Of a DNA stretch of 64,000 bases, positions 34,454 to 48,317 are shown in pieces. Where the stretch lies: NCBI GenBank assembly GCA_002104905.1, contig MCFE01000220.1, positions 1 through 64,000 on the forward strand, written 5' to 3'. The notes beneath the pieces are model-generated. The model was given only the letters and a program-made list of their open reading frames with translations, was not told where the DNA came from and did not search any database. The stretch comes from Basidiobolus meristosporus CBS 931.73. Lineage: Eukaryota > Fungi > Basidiobolomycota. Numbering within the stretch: the stretch's first letter is position 1; the number at the start of each line of letters is the position of its first letter. A program made the translations under genes and the position numbers.

Positions 34454-35925
34454 TTATTGAATAAAGGAGAGGTTGTCTGGTGCTTCGGTTGATAAATTCG
34501 CGTTAGCAATGTATTCGTCGTTCCTATGCAAAGAAGTTAGGGTGGCCCTGGTCTGACTGCTCGCTTGATGGTGCTTACCAGAATTTTGTCAAGTGTCTTT
34601 GTCCTGAATCGCAGAGGATGGTGACGATGGTGTGGCCAGGGCCCAGCTGACGAGCCATGCGAACGGCGGCAACACAGTTAATGGCCGAGGAGCTTCCGAT
34701 AAAGAGACCTAAAGGAAATGGCTGTTGGTCCACGTCTCATGCGGGGGTCTGGTGGAAATTGAAGAATTACCGTCTTTGTTAACAAGATATCTAGACATGG
34801 AGACTGCCTCTTGATCTGTGACGCTGATGGCATCATCCACCCACGAGTCTCCATTGATCATGTTGAAATTTTGAGTCAGCCGATTGATACCAACTCCCTC
34901 CACCACCGTGTCCACTTGGTGTCTTTTGCGGGTGCCCTCTGCCTCTAAATGGGAGTAGAACGTATTGTACTTGACCTTGTTGTAGAGACCGGAGCCTTGA
35001 GGATCCGACAAAACCACAAGCAGATCGGGAATGCGTGGCTTGAGATAGCGCGTGATACCAGCGATCGTACCACCGGTACCAGCACCAGCGATAAACACAT
35101 CTACCTTCCCTCCTGTTTGGCGATAGATTTCGGGTCCAGTGTGATTATAGTGGGCCTCGAAATTTGACAGATTCTCGAATTGGTCGGCAAAGAAACCAGT
35201 TTTCTTGGCATCCGGATCGTCCTTTCCGTATTCCATGGCTCTGCGCTTAGCCAGGTTGACGAAATGGTTCTTGTCCACAATCCCGACGGGCCTGACCTTC
35301 TCCACCTCTGCTCCTAGCCTTTCTAACAACTGATACTTCTCTTGGGCTTGATCATCAGGCATAACGATGTGGCATTTGTATCCCTTGGCTCTCGCGATAG
35401 TGGCCAGGGAAATACCAGTGGAGCCAACGGTTCCCTCGAAGATACACGAATCCGTATGCGGGAAGAGGATGGACTCCGACTCTGCATACTGCAACATGCT
35501 TAGTGCAACTCTATCCTTAGGGCTTCCGGCAGGATTCAAAAACTAATTGAAAAATGTGGGCGATATGCTTAGTCGAGCTTCAAGTGACAAAGTTCACCGG
35601 CATAGGTACCTCTGCTTTGGCCTATCGTTGGGGAGAAGCGAATCGATCCCAAAGGAGAAAATACAGGAGGTAAGTTCATAGTTTTGGCGAGACTCCACTC
35701 TATATTTACCAGAATCTCGCAGCCGGTAGCCTCGGAAAGACTTTTAATTCTCATTAGGGGGGTGTTCCCGATTAAACCCTCAACCCCATCGACAATCTCG
35801 CTCTTCAACTGTTTACTTTTCTTGGGGCCGTTTCGATAGGTCCACAGGTGAGCAGCCAGCCAGGTGGCACCGACACCTAATAGAAATCCCAACACTAGGG
35901 GGGAGGAGTCCGGTCGATTCGACAT
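34454..35925 (-). CDS. Cysteine synthase-like PLP enzyme (MCY1/cys12 type) with N-terminal membrane anchor, multi-exon
   Basis: [54 protein letters not shown] and [13 protein letters not shown]. Confidence 0.9.
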
Positions 35926-36431
35926 GGCAAGATATTCCTACGGTCTGGAAACAAAGTCAACCATGCGCCAGTCAAAAGAAATCGGATATCCTGGCGTGAA
36001 AAAAAATCGCAGCAATTGGAAGAAATTGACGTGATTGATGTGATTCCAGTCCCCAGAGGGACACAAGCAGCACACCACTACAACAGATAGCAACCTAGAA
36101 GAAGGGATGCGATATGGCCAAGTAGGGTAATTCTATCAGATAGTAAGTTGGCTTTCGAGCTCTTCTTGTGCGCGAGCCGAACATATCTAATCATCATATC
36201 AGCAGTGCCTAAAATTCAAAGTCATATTAAATATTTATCTGTGTGTGGCGATGACCAATTTGGTCACTACCGGGCTCTCCAGTAAATATCTCAGGAAAAA
36301 CAAGTCTCATCCAATCAGTTCAGATCTAGAATGTTGCCAACTACGTATGGTTGACCTGTTTCTACCTCGGGAAACTGTGGGGATGCTTCTTTATAACCAA
36401 GTCCAAGTGACTTCCAACCTTTACTGCCAAT

Positions 36432-37519
36432 ATGGACGCTTACGTTACTCTTGTTACCAACGACGCATATTTCTTGGGTGCTAGGGTCTTGGCCCAGTCT
36501 CTCAGAGAGGCCTCCACTTCAAAAAAGATCGTATGCCTGTATACCCCAACAGTCACTCTTCCAGTCCAAAAGGAGATGAGCATCTTCTTTGACGAACTTG
36601 TACTGGTTGACCCGATAGACTCGCAAGACGCCAAGAATTTGAAGGTTCTCGGACGTGGTGAGCTGGGAATCACCTTTACCAAGCTCCATACTTGGCGGTT
36701 GACTCAATATCGCAAAGTTGTGTTCCTGGATGCTGATACCCTACCACTACGTAATGTCGATGAACTTTTCGAGCTAGAGGCTGAGTTCTCCGCTTGTCCA
36801 GACGCGGGTTGGCCAGACTGCTTCAACTCGGGTGTTTTTGTGTGCTCACCTTCCCAAAAAACTTATGATGAACTTATCCAGCTGGCCTCTACGGAGGGCT
36901 CTTTTGATGGTAAGGAGCTATTGGCATTGTTTTTACTGTTATCCAGTACTAAATCCTTCCTGTCACAACACAGGAGGTGACCAGGGCCTGCTGAACGTTT
37001 ATTTCACCAACTGGAGTAGAATGCCCTTTACATACAACGTCACCCCGAACGCATTTTACAGGTATCTTTAGTGTTGCCTTAGTTGATTGGTGCGACAATC
37101 GATGCTTATATTTCACCAAAAGCTACGCCCCAGCATACAGATACTTCAGGAAGAGTATATCCATTGTTCACTTTATTGGTAGCCATAAACCATGGGGGCT
37201 TCGTCGGTTCCAGGATGGAACGCCCATGTTACTTGGCAATGTAAACGAGGAGTACGTAAGTCTTGTCTCCAAATGGTGGGCTACGTTTGATCGCTCTAAG
37301 GAGTATTTACTTGAAAACTCGGTAGGTTGCATGTGCAACTCTTAAGATAACCGATTTACTCAACAATTCATGTTGTACTACCAGATCACCGAAGATAGTA
37401 CGGAACAGGAGCATCTGCCACCACCCCCTAGCCCGGAACCCATTGCTAGTCGCAGTTCCGGCCTATCCACAACCAAGGGCAAATATTTAATGGATTTTGC
37501 CTGGCTTCGCAAATCCTAA
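36432..37519 (+). CDS. GLG: Glycogenin (GT8), multi-exon
   Basis: AYVTLVTND.Y..GA.VL, FTKLHTWRLTQYRKVVFLDAD, AACPD-like ACPDAGWPDCFNSGVFV, DGGDQGLLN and VHFIGSHKPW. Confidence 0.9.
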
Positions 37520-37804
37520 CCAACATTCGGAGAAGCATGCCTGTGATACCCAAAATATAATATAGATTACCCCGCTTCTGTTGCAAACCTTGAGCAGTCA
37601 TGATTAAGTAAATCACTATTTAATATAAAGATACGCATTAGATGTCAACCACCCAAATAACCTGATGAGAAATCTGCCAATCAAATAGCTCTACGTGATC
37701 TTACACGTAATGAGTGGCTAGCCCCGAATCAAATTTGTAGCTTATTATATTTGAAGCTTGAAAGTTCGAGTTTGAACACTACTTTCATTACCGAAGCCGC
37801 GATA

Positions 37805-38500
37805 ATGAACTCGTTAAGAAAAGTTACTCTGTTGCTAACCTTGTTGGTTGCAACCATTCTTCGTTATCACTCCTTTTGCCAAGGCCCAGCCTCTTATCAC
37901 CCACAAGGTCTACTTTGACGTCAAACAAGGTGACCAAGATATTGGCCGCATCACAATCGGCCTCTATGGTGAGGTAGTTCCCAAGACTGCCGAGAACTTC
38001 CGTGCCTTGGCCACTGGCGAGAAAGGCTTCGGCTACAAGGGCTCCAAGTTCCACAGAGTCATCAAGGACTTTATGATCCAGGGTGGTGACTTCACCCGTG
38101 GTGACGGTACTGGTGGCAAGTCTATTTATGGTGCCCGCTTCGAAGATGAGAACTTTACCCTCAAGCATACTGGTCCAGGAGTTCTCAGCATGGCTAACGC
38201 CGGTCGTGATACCAACGGCTCTCAGTTCTTCATCACCACTGTCACCACCTCCTGGCTAGATGGCCGCCACGTTGGTAAGTATTATTTCTGGTCAGTGTCA
38301 TAGATGCGAGCACAGGCTAACCGTTCTACCACCTTGTAGTGTTTGGCAAGGTGCTCAGTGGTATGGATGTTGTCACCAAGATTGAGAACAGCCAAGTCAA
38401 CTACTCCAGCAAGCCATTCACCGATATTGTCATTGCCGAAAGTGGTGAGCTGCCTGTCGAGGCAGCTGATAATGAGCCAGCTGTGAAGGATGAGCTATAA
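37805..38500 (+). CDS. CPR5: Cyclophilin B (ER PPIase) ending KDEL; 1-nt insertion in the signal-peptide region
   Basis: [53 protein letters not shown]; the second exon ends AVKDEL*. There is an extra T at ~37860 relative to the paralogs. Confidence 0.85.
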
Positions 38501-39260
38501 ATCACTGATTCATTGTATATCCTATGCATCCTCCCCCACATTCACATTACGCCAGAGTAAACATATGTGATCGTTGAGTAGAGGTTCAAAAGAATAAACC
38601 ACAGTTTGTTGGATCAAAGACTGCTGATGATTGTGCCTATTGTAATGTATGCTGGGATCAAGCTTGTGACACACTGTGACTGAATCTTTATCTCGTTCCT
38701 ATCAGTCATGCCTGCATCCTATTCATCCAGACCTAGTCACTCGGCAAGGGAATTGGATATAGGCCTGCTTGTGCTCAGTTACTGTAGCATGCAACTACAC
38801 CATACTCTAGCATGCAAGCTTGGATTCGACTTCGATTTCATGAGGAAAGTTGATCAGTTGCTAGCCATGAGCTGCCGGCTGAGGAAGGGATTAACGGGCT
38901 AATTTTCGAGCTAATGCAGCACACTCTACGCCACACTACTATAAGCGTATTCGTCCAGTAGTATCAATTAGGGCTGATTCGGTTCTACTATACCATACCT
39001 TTAGCATGGTAGGCAGTTACATATTGATTGCAATGGGATACAGATATTGGCTTCATCCCACTTGGTCATTGTGGTGATTTCATTCACCCGCAATTGGGGA
39101 AATAGGCATAGCATAAGGTTTAACAGCCCGACCAAAATGCTCACAGTTTTCCACACGTGATGTTCCGCTATTCTCAAATCGTCTTTAGATAGAATTCCCG
39201 ATGGAATAGGGTGGTGGATTTAATCATGAAATACTTCAATGCTCAGGTTTAGTTTCAATA

Positions 39261-39970
39261 ATGAGCCCGTTGAGAAAAGCTGCTCTGTTGCTAACCTTGT
39301 TGGTTGCAACCATTCTCGTTATCACTCCTTTTGCCAAGGCCCAGCCTCTTATCACCCACAAGGTCTACTTTGACGTCAAACAAGGTGACCAAGATATTGG
39401 CCGCATCACAATCGGTCTCTATGGTGAGGTAGTTCCCAAGACTGCCGAGAACTTCCGTGCCTTGGCTACTGGCGAGAAGGGCTTCGGCTACAAGGGCTCC
39501 AAGTTCCACAGAGTCATCAAGGACTTTATGATCCAGGGTGGTGACTTCACTAGTGGTGACGGTCGTGGTGGCAAGTCTATTTATGGTGCCCGCTTCAAAG
39601 ATGAAAACTTTGCCCTCAAGCATACTGGTCCAGGAGTTCTTAGCATGGCTAACATCGGTCGTGATACCAACGGCTCTCAGTTCTTCATCACTACTGTCAC
39701 CACCTCCTGGCTAGATGGCCGCCACGTTGGTAAGTATTATTTCTGGTCAGTGTCATAGATGCGAGCACAGGCTAACCATTTTACCACCTTGTAGTGTTCG
39801 GCAAGGTGCTCAGTGGTATGGATGTTGTCACCAAGATTGAGAACAGCCAAGTCAACTACGCCAGCAAGCCATCCACCGATATTGTCATTGCCGAAAGTGG
39901 TGAGCTACCTGTTGAAGAAATCGATAACGAACTGAATTTCAAGACGACTTTTAAGCCAATTCAGTCCTGA
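39261..39970 (+). CDS. Cyclophilin B paralog, signal peptide but no KDEL
   Basis: Intact signal peptide; exon 2 ends [23 protein letters not shown] is changed to MANIG. Confidence 0.85.
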
Positions 39971-40265
39971 TGCAGTATGATTGGTTACCATATAATATCT
40001 CTCCTCTATTTGTTTTAAATGATATCGCTGTTACAATAAAAGTGTCGTTGGGAGTATTTGTTTGTTTAGATGACATCCTCTTGGTACTCTGATTGGCTTG
40101 TGGTGGAAATACTTAAAATATCTGAGGATGTGTGATATTTTCTTCAGATTGCCGCAGGAATTACTTGCATCGATAATACAAGCATACATTCTCGTTGTCG
40201 TATTGTCCAACGGTTTTAAAGCGGCTTCTCAAAGCACAACTACCTTTACTCCTGGAATTGTATAT

Positions 40266-40587
40266 TATGACAAGAACTACCTAACGTCGGTCATGAGACC
40301 AACGGTCCCCAGTTCTTCATCACCACTGTCACCACCTCCTGGTTAGATGGCCGCCACGTTGGTAAGTATTATTTCTGGTCAGTGTCATAGATGCGAGCAC
40401 AGGCTAACCATTCTACCACCTTGTAGTGTTTGGCAAGGTGCTCAGTGGTATGGATGTTGTCACCAAGATTGAGAACAGCCAAGTCAACTACTCCAGCAAG
40501 CCATTCACCGATATTGTCATTGCCGAAAGTGGTGAGCTGCCTGTCGAGGCAGCTGATAATGAGCCAGCTGTGAAGGATGAGCTATAA
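40266..40587 (+). pseudogene. Chimeric junction fragment: first codons of the RING gene fused to the 3' part of the KDEL cyclophilin
   Basis: ATGACAAGAACTACC (cf. ATGGCAAGACTTACC at 42399) joins CTAACGTCGGTC..., continuing to KDEL*. Confidence 0.8.
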
Positions 40588-41392
40588 ATCACTAATTCAT
40601 TGTCTATCCTATGCATCCTCCCCCACATTCTCATTACGCCAGAGTAAACATATGTGATCGTTGAGTAGAGGTTCAAAAGAATAAACCACAGTTTGTTGGA
40701 TCAAAGACTGCTGATGATTGTGCCTATTGTAATGTATGCTGGGATCAAGCTTGTGACACACTGTGGCTGAATCTTTATCTCGTTCCTATCAGTCATGCCT
40801 GCATCCTATTCATCCAGACCTAGTCACTCGGCAAGGGAATTGGATATAGGCCTGCTTGCGCTCAGTTACTGTAACATGCAACTACACCATACTCTAGCAT
40901 GCAAGCATGGATTCGACTTCGATTTCATGAGGAAAGTTGATCAGTGCTAGCCATGAGCTGCCGGCTGAGGAAGGGATTAACGGGCTAATTTTCGAGCTAA
41001 TGCAGCACACTCTACGCCACACTACTATAAGCGTATTCGTCCAGTAGTATCAATTAGGGCTGATTCGGTTCTACTATACCATACCTTTAGCATGGTAGGC
41101 AGTTACATATTGATTGCAATGGGATACAGATATTGGCTTCATCGCGCTCAGTCATTGTTGGATTGCATTCACTCTGCTTTAAAACACTACTGCCATTACA
41201 TAGCCACAGCCTAACAAATGCCGGAAGATCCTTGATTCTGAGCAATTGGGGGAATGAGCTTATCATAGTCCAACCAAAATTGCTGACTTTGTTACACACG
41301 TGATGTTCCGCTAATCTTTACATAGAATTTCTGGTAGAATATAGTAGTGGAATTAATTATGAATACTGTAAAACGCAGGTTTAGTTTCGATA

Positions 41393-42102
41393 ATGAGCCC
41401 GTTGAGAAAAGCTGCTCTGTTGCTAACCTTGTTGGTTGCAACCATTCTCGTTATCACTCCTTTTGCCAAGGCCCAGCCTCTTATCACCCACAAGGTCTAC
41501 TTTGACGTCAAACAAGGTGACCAAGATATTGGCCGCATCACAATCGGCCTCTATGGTGAGGTAGTTCCCAAGACTGCCGAGAACTTCCGTGCCTTGGCCA
41601 CTGGCGAGAAAGGCTTCGGCTACAAGGGCTCCAAGTTCCACAGAGTCATCAAGGACTTTATGATCCAGGGTGGTGACTTCACTAGTGGTGACGGTACTGG
41701 CGGCAAGTCTATCTATGGGCCAAGTTTCGAAGATGAGAACTTCACGCTCAAGCACGCTGGTCCAGGAGTTCTCAGCATGGCTAACGCCGGTCGTGATACC
41801 AACGGCTCTCAGTTCTTCATCACTACTGTCACCACCTCCTGGCTAGATGGCCGCCATGTTGGTAAGTATTATTTCTGGTCAGTGTCATAGATGCGAGCAC
41901 AGGCTAACCATTCTACCACCTTGTAGTGTTTGGCAAGGTGCTCAGTGGTATGGATGTTGTCACCAAGATTGAGAACAGCCAAGTCAACTACTCCAGCAAG
42001 CCATTCACCGATATTGTTATTGCTGAAAGTGGTGAGCTACCTGTTGAAGAAATCGATAATGAACCAATTTTCAAGATGGTCTTTAAACCAATATGGTTCT
42101 GA
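41393..42102 (+). CDS. Cyclophilin B paralog, signal peptide but no KDEL
   Basis: Exon 2 ends [18 protein letters not shown]. Confidence 0.87.
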
Positions 42103-42398
42103 TGCAGTATGGTAGGTTACCATACAATATCTCTCCTCTATTTGTCTTAAATGATATCACTGTTACAATAAAAGTGTCGTTGGGAGTATTTGTTTGTTTA
42201 GATGACATCCTCTTGGTACTCTGATTGGCTTGTGGTGGAAATACTTAAAATATCTGAGGATGTGTGATATTTTCTTCAGATTGCCGCAGGAATTACTTGC
42301 ATCGATAATACAAGCATACATTCTCGTTGTCGTATTGTCCAACGGTTTTAAAGCGGCTTCTCAAAGCGCAACTACTTTTACTCCTGGAATTGTGTATC

Positions 42399-43959
42399 AT
42401 GGCAAGACTTACCTCCAGACCCATGGAATGTGGCAAAAAGCGGCTAGCACTAGCAATTGAGTCCCCCAAGCGTACCCCAATTGAGGATAAGGATAGCGAT
42501 AGCGACTTCGTTTGTTCTAACGTCTTCCAAAGGCAAAATAGCAAGCAAAAGCTATGCCTTAGCACAAAGCAGTTGGACAAAGGCGGTAATTCTGAAGTAG
42601 CTAAACTACGCGCCGAACTTGAATCACTTAAAGCAGTACTTGTCACCAAAAACGATGATATTGCTATTCTGAACTCGCATATAGATCAAGTCAAGAACAG
42701 TAATTCTAACTCTCTACTGCTCTATTTGCCACCTTAATGCTAACCTTGTTTTGAAAAGCTTTGACTTGTATTATATGCGTAAGCTTATTTAACGAACCAT
42801 ATACTATTGATTGCGGTATATTTTAATTGGGTTACTCTTTCGACAATTCGTTTGCTCATATGCTCTGTCACCACTATTTAGGTCACACCTTCTGTTACGG
42901 TTGTCTACGTCAGTGGTTGGAGTTTCGAAAAGTGTGCCCCACCTGCCGACACGAAGTCAAGAAGGAGCCTATTCAAGCCCTGAGTCTTAGAGATCAAGCT
43001 AGCATTCTAGGTGACAAAGATACTAAGAATGCAGTTACCAAGCCCTCTAACACCACAGATATATGGGATGGTTTATTCTCTTCTGCACCTGCACCTACTC
43101 TTATACAGGATGCCGATGATGCTGTGAAGTACGTAGCCATCTAACACCACAAAGATGCGATTTAGGATAATAACACCATGTATGTTCTAGTCGCTGTGCT
43201 CAATGTGGGTGGGAAATCGTAGAAGGGATCTGCGTAAACTGCGCACAGCATTACTCAGGTGACGAAACCGGAATTATCGATAGCCAAGATGAGTTTGATG
43301 AAGAATCTCCCCAAGCTCACAGACCTTCTCCACCGAGACAAACTAACAGACAAAGAGCAAGGCCTCAACGCCGTAATCCATTCATTCTTGACGAGGCAGA
43401 CGCTGATACACCAGATACTACACCCGGTCATTTCGACAACGAACCTGACAACTACGAGTTTGACTCGTTTATTGTATCAGATTCGAGATCCCCCTCGGTG
43501 TACTCGGATTCCGATGATGACATTGGTTTTGTTCCTAACGGATTGGAGACTAGCCCAGTCTACCGTAGAACTCGCAATGGTAGACCTAGACGACAACTTC
43601 GACCTATTCCAAATCCATTCTCCGAGATTATTCGAAGATACGCACCACATTACGGCGAAAACACTTCACCAATGACCCCAGATGATGTCTTCACCCGAAC
43701 CAACCGAAACCCAACCACACCTTCCACGACAACAACCTCACAATCATGTATTGTTCTCAGTGATTGTGAAGATGATATCGAAGAGGAAGAGATTATTGCA
43801 GGCCAGAGCGACCAGGAAATCACCAGTGAAATAGATGACCTCAGTGATGAAGCAAGCCAAGTTATAGAGGAAAGCCCGCAAATCAGAAGAACTCTACGAT
43901 CTCGCGGACCAAGCACTCGACAACAGCTTACCGCCCTTACACTTAGCGACTCCGAGTAG
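42399..43959 (+). CDS. C3HC4 RING E3 ligase, Psh1-like, multi-exon
   Basis: CIIC..EPYTIDCGHTFCYGCLRQW..CPTCR, a second motif RCAQCGWEIVEGICVNC and an acidic C-terminus. Confidence 0.8.
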
Positions 43960-44187
43960 CCCGCTGAACCCATGCTATTTCAATAATTGTAGATATTTCG
44001 TATATACTTCTCTTACAAAATAAACCCGCAACTCCGTGTCAACACCATAAAACCGAGCACACCTCATATCTGGATTTTATCTATTTGAATTGTAAAGAAT
44101 AAAGCACATACCAACATATGTACACGAAAAAGGCAACTACGCATAGTAGCAGATTACCTCTCCAGCTCAGAGTAGCTATCAGTCACC

Positions 44188-44754
44188 TCAATACACAGTT
44201 TGAGAAAGCGGAATACTCTGGCAGGGAATGTTCGCCTCTGTTGCCTCTTTAAGAGATAAAGCTGTTTCAGCCGTCTTGTCCAACGAAGAAATGGACTCCA
44301 TCTGAAAGTCAGAAGGTCTACGAATGATGTGCACCGCAGTGTTGAAGTTTTGTAACGTCACAAATGAGAAAACTATTCCTTTGCGCGGGTCATCTCTTGA
44401 CGGTGAGCGGACGGGAATTCCTTTACGACGGTGTGTCTTTGGTGGAGTAGTGTTTGTTATAGTGTTGGTCTTCACAACTTTTCGGGTGGTTTTGGTGCGA
44501 GAGGTACTCGTTCTCTTTCCTTTTTTGCTGGTGCTTCTACGTTTTGACATGATATGGGGCTAGGGAGTATACAGGTTATCTACAGGAGCAATTCAAGACA
44601 AACTACCAAATGCTCCGGAAAGGAAACGAATACAGCAGTGGGACAATCTTGAGCGTTAGCTGTCTTTATCAGCATTTTTTCCACCTACGTGGTGTTCTAC
44701 TTTTGCTCGGGACGGAAATGCTGGAGGTTGAGGTCTCTGGTTGGTCATCGACAT
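44188..44754 (-). CDS. Small basic uncharacterised protein; exon structure uncertain
   Basis: K/R/T-rich ORF 44550-44188 (HRRKGIPVRSP) with possible short upstream exons from 44754. Confidence 0.3.
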
Positions 44755-45120
44755 ATTTTCCGGCCCATTATTGGACTGTTCCTGATGGGTTTATCCGATC
44801 CATCTTTTAGAGTCACAACCAGATCTCATTCATGGACAACAATATATTAGTCAATCTGACCATTGCAAACGCCATCATTTGTTGATCGACATTGTTACTG
44901 TTTTAGACCATCGCCTCGAGGACCACCACAATCACCACTGCTAATCGGACGTGCTACTGTATTCTCACATTCGTGGGAAAGTGCCTGCCATCCACTACCC
45001 AAAATCATCCACGTTTCGTACAAAAGTCGATAATTTCGCATAGCTCAAGGAGCATTTATAAACCCATTGGCGAGCACGTACCAATATTCATACACTCGTT
45101 TTCACCAAACACAGCACGAT

Positions 45121-46049
45121 ATGACGAAAGTTGGTGGCCCAGAACTTATCGTTGGTGAAATCAAGGCTCAGCCCGCCCTAAGCAACCAACTAGTCACCAC
45201 CAAACTCATACTCGAAGAGAAACTCGCCATTGTCTACATTCACCGTGCACCGGCCAATGCGTTCAGTTACGAGTTAATCAAAACCATGACCGAAACCTTC
45301 CGAAAGATCGAAGAGATCAAGTCGATCAGAACTGTGATTTTCACCTCAAGCGTAGACCGCTTCTTCTCAGCAGGTGTGGATTTGGAGGAATTTGGTCGAG
45401 GAAAGGAGGAGTGGTTGGACTATTGGAGGACTTTAAGGTCAATGTTTATCACTATCTACGAGTCGCGTTTGAATATTATCTCCGCCATCAACGGGTTTGC
45501 CATTGGCCTTGGCTGTGCATTAGCCTTAGGTAAGTCTGAAGTAGGGTTTCTTTCTTGGTATTCCAAAATATTCTGACCAGGCTTCTATTCGACATAGCCT
45601 CCCAAGATCGGTACATGTTGAACGGCCCAGGCACCATTGGCATCAACCCAGTCAATATCGGGATCCCCGTTCCCATCTGGCTCATGCAGCGCTACGTTGA
45701 GCTGGTGGGTCAGAGGCTGAGCGAAAAGCTGCTTATCATGGGGGTATCTTTAAAGGCACCTGAGGCCAAGGAGATCGGACTAGTAGATGAAGTGTTTGAA
45801 AATGAAGAGGAGATGCTTGCCGCCTGCATCGAACTTGCTCGTGCGAAACACAAGATCAACGAATTGGCCCAGGTTGAGACCAACAGGCTCCTCCGGCATT
45901 CGTTCGTCAAGACGTTTTATGCGGAAGAAGAGGAAGATGTGGAAAGAATGGCATATTTCGTTCAACTACCCGAAATCAAGCAGATCATACAAGACAAGTT
46001 GGAGGAGATGAGGTCTAGGAGGGCCAGCAGGCAAGCCGAGCACAAATAA
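45121..46049 (+). CDS. Enoyl-CoA delta-isomerase / crotonase family, one intron
   Basis: PANAFSYELI, RFFSAGVDLEEF, SAINGFAIGLGCALAL, IGINPVNIGI and AKEIGLVDEV. Confidence 0.88.
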
Positions 46050-46226
46050 ACCAACGTGCATTTAGCAAAGCATCTATGGGGCATTTCGTTTATTCAGGAA
46101 TCTATCAAATGGCATCTGCATAGGAAAAGAACGGTGGGGAAAAAGTGTGTATATGTTGGGTAGGGATAATCGTAGAAGGGTTTAATTGGATTGCTTTGAA
46201 ATAATTAATTTACAAGTAAACTTTCT

Positions 46227-48317
46227 CTATTGTTCGTCTCCCTGTTGGCCGGATTTGTCGAGAGTGAATTCAATGATCGAAACTCCATTCTTGGCCTCCT
46301 TGATGCGTAGCCATCTTCCGAGCTTGTGCTCTTGTCCGATGGCAGCAACGAGGTAAGCCTTGGTGCTTGTCATGGAAATGTCGTGGTTGAACTTCAACGC
46401 ATTGATCACGCCAGGCTAATTGGGAAGACTCGGTGTCAGTAGACCCAAGAGAAAGCAACGACCCTATACACACGTACCATAGCAATAGTGGACAACGGGG
46501 CGAAGCTGCGGAGATCCTTACTCAACTTCCATAGGCGGATCTGGCCATCCCAGGAACCTGGATCCAAGCGCAAAGGTAAGAAACATGGGCCAATCTAAGC
46601 ACAGTATGGATCGCTTACCAGTTGCGAACACATCAGAGTATTTCAGCGAAGCGATGGACGTGATCCAGCGGGGGGTTTGGGAGAGCTCATCGATCCCATG
46701 GGCAACGGGATATGTGAATACGGCCTTCTTCTTGGTGGTACTCCACAAAGAGATTGTGCTGCAATTGATCGTTAATTAGCATTCGCCGCCAACACCACCC
46801 CCGGCTCTGCAAACTAACCCTGAGTCCGATCCAGATAAGAAAGTCTCTTCGTCGATGAGAGAGATGACGTCGATGGATCCTTCAACGAATGAGATCTGGC
46901 TGTTCTTGTCCTTCTTGCTACCTCCACCACGGAACACCAGCTGGGTTTCGTCTATGATCTTCCACAATCTGACAGTTCTGTCACGCCCACCACAGGTAAC
47001 ACAGTTCTCACGTGATAGCGTGTCAATATCAGTGATAGTATCTTGATGTCCAAATCTAACGAGCCAGTTAGTACACAGCCATCTGCATCACTTCGCAGTA
47101 CTTACAAGGTTTCGATGTAAGCCAACTCATCAATATTCCACAGCTTGATGGAGCGATCGTTGGAGCAAGAGTAAAGCTGGTTAGATCCCTTGCGGAAGGC
47201 AAGCCCCTATAGCCAGTGCGTTAATTTATGCATCACACGATTTCGAGATTTGGCAATTCCTACCGAGATGGCATCCTTGTGCTTCTTGAAAACCCCCAGG
47301 TGAGTGTTATCATTGACCGACCAAATGTTGATCAGCTTGTCTTTACCTCCACTGGCCTAAAGAATCAGCCACAGTTAGTTTGCATATGGAGAACAACAGG
47401 AAACCATTGTGCTTACCAAGTATTGTCCGTCAGAGCTGACGGCCAGACAAAGGACGTGATCGGTGTGGCCAGTGAAGCCTTTGACTCCTTTTCTGCCACC
47501 AGGGAAGGTGTGGGCCTTCTTGCCAGTAGCAACATCCCCTAATTATTACTGATCAGAACACTGGGTACAAAGCTTGTCTGAGGTGTGACATATTTACATT
47601 TAATGATAGAGCCGTCTTTAGATCCAGTAAAAACGAACTTCTTGTTTGCGGTGATTGCCACGCTGGTAACGGAGAGTTGATGGCCGCGTTGCTTACGAAT
47701 ATCGCCCTCTTGGACTGGTAGGATGAACTGCGAAAACTGTTAGCCTTACGTTTGTGGGGGCAATAGGCGAGATTCGTTACCTGATCAGCCAAAGCACGAT
47801 GCAATCTACCGCTAGCTTCCAACTAAATTTGCATGAGTATGGTGTCACAAAAAGGCCAAAAAGCAAGCGCGTATCGTACCGCATCTTGTTGGAGACGTTC
47901 AGCGATCAAATCCTTATCTACATCCGCAGCGTCAAATTCATCCTCATTGCCTACTCAAATGGTATGAATGACATGTTTTTGGAAGATAAGAGCAACTACG
48001 GCAAAAGCCGAGAGTATGCAACATATCAAAGTGATAAAGCAGTTTCGTACCCATGTCAGTCCGCAAGTTGTCAATGTATTTTTTGGCGAGTCTCAATCTC
48101 TTTTCAGCAGGGGTCTCCTGGATTTCCTCCTCACTCTCGACCTCGCTTCCTTGCAAGTCCATGTCGTCGATTCCACCAGGACCAAGTTCATCGCCGGAAG
48201 ATTCGTCGGAGGAGGCGTTTTTCGAATTCTTTGGTTTGACCTGATTCTCGGCCGCTTGTTGAGCGGTTCTCTTACGTTTTCCGGAGATTTTTTGGTAACG
48301 AAAAAGGAGTCCACCAT
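46227..48317 (-). CDS. RRP9: U3 snoRNP WD40 protein Rrp9, multi-exon; 1-nt frameshift in a homopolymer near the start
   Basis: MVDSFF..KRKR, ETPAEKRLRLAKKYI, WD repeats, FLSGSDSG, WITSIASL..SDVFATG and VAAIGQEHKLGRW. Confidence 0.92.

Larger units (their letters stand above)
38194..42410 (+). repeat. ~2.1-kb direct tandem duplication (38194-40280 and 40281-42410)
   Basis: Intergenic and coding sequence align nearly base for base with an offset of ~2090-2130. Confidence 0.92.
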
